Shown here piece after piece: positions 60,859 to 64,000 of a stretch of DNA of 64,000 bases. The stretch is from Scenedesmus sp. PABB004 (Eukaryota). How positions within the stretch are numbered: the first letter of the stretch is position 1; every line of letters starts with the position of its first letter. A model generated the notes under the pieces. The model was not told the origin of the DNA. It made no database searches and saw only the letters and a program-made list of their open reading frames with translations. The position numbers and the translations under genes were made by a program. The stretch covers positions 4,154,001 to 4,218,000 of the forward strand of contig CM026547.1 in NCBI GenBank assembly GCA_014905635.1. The letters are read 5' to 3'.

Positions 60859-61727
60859 ATGGCGCTGCTGCTCCGCCGCGCGGGAGGGGCGGGAGTGCAT
60901 GGCGGGCGATGCGTCGCGACCTTTGCGCTCAAGACGCGCCCGGAGCTGATGAACACGGACCTCGTGGACGGCTCCAGCGCCCCGTCGCTGCGGGACAGCA
61001 CGGCGCAGGTCGCACGGTGCGCGCGCGCGGCGGGGCCGCTCGCCGCTGCTGCCGCGCACGCGCCACCTCGCCGCGCCCCCTCACTCACTCACCACTGCTG
61101 CCGTTTCTGACCCCCGCCAGGCGGCAGCAATGGAGCACGGTGCCGTTGGACGCCCCAAAGAGCCTCGAGGCGGCCATGGCGCCCAGCCCGCAGGCGCGGA
61201 TCATCACGGAGGCGGCGCCGCCGTTCCGCGTCGTGCACGCAAACGCGGCGTGGAGCCGCCTGTGCGGCTACGCCGCCGAGGAGGCGATCGGGCAGGAGGG
61301 CCTGGGCTTCATGCAGGGCGAGGCGACCGACCGCGTCGCGGTGCGCCGCATCAACGCCGGCGTCGCGGGCGGCGAGCGGCTCGACGTCACGCTCGTCAAC
61401 TACAAGAAGGACGGTGCGCCCCAGCGCCTGTGCCGCGCCTGCGCCCGCGCCGCGCCCGCGCCGCGCCCGCGCCGCGCCTGCGCCGCGCCCGTGCCGCGCG
61501 CGCCTGCCCTGCCGACCCGCCCCGCCCCGCCGCCGCCCCGCTCCGCGCCGCGCCGCGCAGGCACGCCGTTCCTGAACCGCCTGCGCATCACGCCGCTGCG
61601 CAGCCGGAGCGGCGAGTACACCCACATGCTCGGCCTGCTGGAGGAGGTGCCCGGCGCGCAGGCGTGGTGCCCCACCGCGCGCGCGGGCGACGGGCGCGAC
61701 GACGACCGCGCTGGCGGCGCTGCCTAG
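60859..61727 (+). CDS. Small PAS/LOV-like domain protein, three exons
   Basis: IITEAAPPFRVVHANAAWSRLCGYAAEEAIGQEGLGFMQGEATD...LVNYKKDG|TPFLNRLRITPLR..GEYTHMLG. Donor at 61017 restores the frame. Start could be 60949. Confidence 0.85.
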
Positions 61728-62385
61728 GCGGCGGCGCGCCGCCGCCCCGCGCTGCACGCTGCTGTGACCGCAGCGCGCGGCGCGGGGCGCGCGCGAAGCC
61801 AGCCGGCCACGTCCCGGCGGCGCGCGCGCCGTTTTTTCTTGTTTGATGTGTGGGCGGGGCGGGTGGGCATTGCGTGGCGCTCGCCCAGCAGATTGTGCGG
61901 CAGCGGCCGGTTTTCCCTCTCCTTTGGTGCACTGCCTCCCTCTGCCTTGGCGCCGGCGCGGCCGCCGCGGCCCGCCGCCGCGCCTGTACTCATCTCGCCG
62001 CAGCACCCGCGCGTGCGTTCGCGTGTACACGACCCTGGCGCGCCCCGCCGCGCACGACCAGGCGAGTCGCCTCGGTTTCGCCTAGAGTTGATCGAGCCAG
62101 CTGTTGCAGCGCCGCGACGTGCGGCTCCCAGGCCGCGGGGGTCGGGCCGTGTCGGAAGGACTGCGCTCCCGTCGGCGGCGGCCGGGCGTCGGCGTTACCG
62201 CGTCGCCTGCCGCGTCAGTAACACGCCCACCGGTGAGCAAGAAGAAGCAAGAAGTTCAGTGCGGAGTCAGCGTCCGACGCTGCTGTCAGGCGCAGCCACG
62301 CGCGCGCAGGTCGGCGGCAGCGGCGCGATCCGCGCGCGCGCGCGCGCGCCCAGCAATGGGCGGTCCGGCCCGGTCCCCGGCGGCG

Positions 62386-62515
62386 CTACAAGCCCTTGCC
62401 CGGCGCCGCGGCGGCGATGTGCTGCTGGCGTGGCCGCGACAGCCCCGCGAGCTGCTGCGCCGTGCCCAGCGGCTGCGCGTGCAGCGCGCTCGCGTGCCCG
62501 CCGCCGCGGTGCTCG

Positions 62516-62558
<43 letters not shown>

Positions 62559-63872
62559 GCTCCTGCTGCTCCAGCGTCGCGACGTACGGCTGGTGCGCGT
62601 CCAGCTGCTCCTGCAGCTGCTCCTCGTCGCCGGGCGGCGGGCCCGAGAGCTTGCGCAGCGCGCGCGCGATGAGCTCAAAGCTCGTGAACGTGAGCGCCGC
62701 GGCCGGCGTCGTGCGCAGCAGGTTGGTCCCGCAGCCCCGGTAAAACCCGCGTGCGCCGTCCTCGCGGAAGATCACGCGGCACGCCTCGCCCAGCCCCGCG
62801 AGCGGCCCGCTGCCTGCGGCGGGCGGCGGGCGCGGGCGCGGGCGCGGGCGCGCGGTGAGCGCCCGGGCGCGCGCGGCGGCGGGCGGGCAGGGCAGAGGCC
62901 TGGGCGCGGCGGCGCGGCATGCGGCGCCGTGCCTGTGACGTGCATGTAGGAGCGGATGACCTCGTGGGGGTAGGTGATGGTCGACGCGACCATCTTGCTG
63001 AACGCGCTCGTCACCACCAGCTCGCTCGCGGTCAGCTCGTCGGTGCGGCACCCGCGCTGCGACGCGGCGTGCAGCTGCGCGGCGCGCGGGGCGGCGTCGG
63101 CGTCAGGCGCGGCGCGCGGCGCGCGGCGCGGCGGCCGATGCAGCTGCCGCGGCGCGGCGCGGCGCGGCGCGGCGCGGCGTCCGGCGCGGCGTCGCGCAGC
63201 GTCGCGCCTTGGCTGCCTCGTAGAGCGGGAATTGGATGGCCACGTGGCAGATGCCGGCCATGCTGGGCGCGAGGCCGCTGTACAGCCCGCGCAGCCCCTC
63301 CTCGCGCGTGATGCGGCGCAGCGCGTCAAACGTGCCCCGGTACGGCCGCGCGCTCGCGGCGGCGCGCGTGAAGCCGATGTCCATGTGCTGCGTCTGCAGC
63401 CGCGTCTTGATGACCCACAGCGGGTTGGTCACCAGCAGCGTCGCCACGCCCGCGCCCGCGGCGGCGGTCATGTGGATCGCGGGCGTCGCGGGGATCGTGC
63501 GCCCTGCGGGCGCGCCGGGCGCGGGGGTCGGGGACCGGCGGGCGGCCGGGGCGCGGCCGGGCGCGGCCGGGGCGCGGCGCGCGGCGCGGCGGCGCGGCGA
63601 CGGGCGCGCACCGTCTGGCCGCGTGGTGAGCGAGGTCTTGAGGCGGCCATACACTGTGAAGTAGACCTGCGGCGGCGGGCGAGGGAGCGGCGCGGGCGTT
63701 TGGTGTAGGCGCCGCGGCGACGGCGCGCCCGTCTGCTGCCGCCGCCGCCGCCGGCCGCGCCGTGCGCGCCCCGCGCGCACCGCCCAGTTGGGCAGCAGCG
63801 CCATGAGCGTGGGCGTGAGGCCTCGGTAGAGCCCCCGCACGCCTTCCTGCTGCACGATGCCCGCCAGCCCGC
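62386..63872 (-). CDS. NDT1: Mitochondrial carrier family NAD+ transporter (NDT-type), 5' part beyond the window
   Basis: [87 protein letters not shown]. Confidence 0.9.
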
Positions 63873-64000
63873 CTGCACGGCGCGGCGCCGTGCGCGGCGG
63901 CGGCGCGGGGCGTCGGCGCTGCTCGCCGCCGCCGCGCGCTGCGCCCAGCTGCCACCGCCGCCGCGCGGGCTGTGCCCGCCGTCCGCTGCCGAGCCGCGCC

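Noticed and set aside
60899..60952. TGATGA near the start of the PAS gene as a selenocysteine/readthrough site or a C box
   Set aside because: Out of frame with the spliced CDS, and no SECIS or D-box/stem partner was seen.
62040..62380. Lower-GC stretch between the PAS and NDT genes as a further snoRNA
   Set aside because: No convincing C/D pair with terminal stem and no rRNA-antisense element found. Probably convergent 3' UTRs.
1..64000. Hundreds of long overlapping Arg/Ala/Gly/Pro-rich ORFs in the six-frame track
   Set aside because: Expected from the scarcity of stop codons at this GC content. Real coding segments are short exons recognisable by conserved motifs.

Overview
Extremely GC-rich, intron-dense eukaryotic DNA, most consistent with a chlorophyte green alga (Sphaeropleales-like; this is inference from GC content, intron style and gene content). 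Most long ORFs in the six-frame track are artefacts of the GC content. Manual splicing resolves about 22 tightly packed protein genes: RING E3 (partial), dyskerin/CBF5, a CrfC-like dynamin-family GTPase, a SIRT4-type sirtuin, a SAM synthetase with an N-terminal extension, dynein-2 LIC, DBP5, NSUN5, syntaxin-16/SYP4, OGG1, an orphan ORF, DNA2, DHX37, cactin, ACBP, a small methyltransferase with a (His-Ala)n tail, ribophorin I, organellar bS6, a rhodanese, a PhyH-type dioxygenase, a Cys-less LOV-like PAS protein and an NAD carrier (partial). Not visible in the ORF track are four box C/D snoRNAs: a cluster of three in a probable 3'-UTR intron of the bS6 gene and one in a DHX37 intron. Also present are a ~3 kb island bracketed by duplicated OGG1 3' fragments, a 35-bp hairpin in a dyskerin intron, and many GC-AG introns. 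CDS coordinates are start-to-stop gene spans including introns. rRNA target sequences and family motifs are recalled from general knowledge, not searched.
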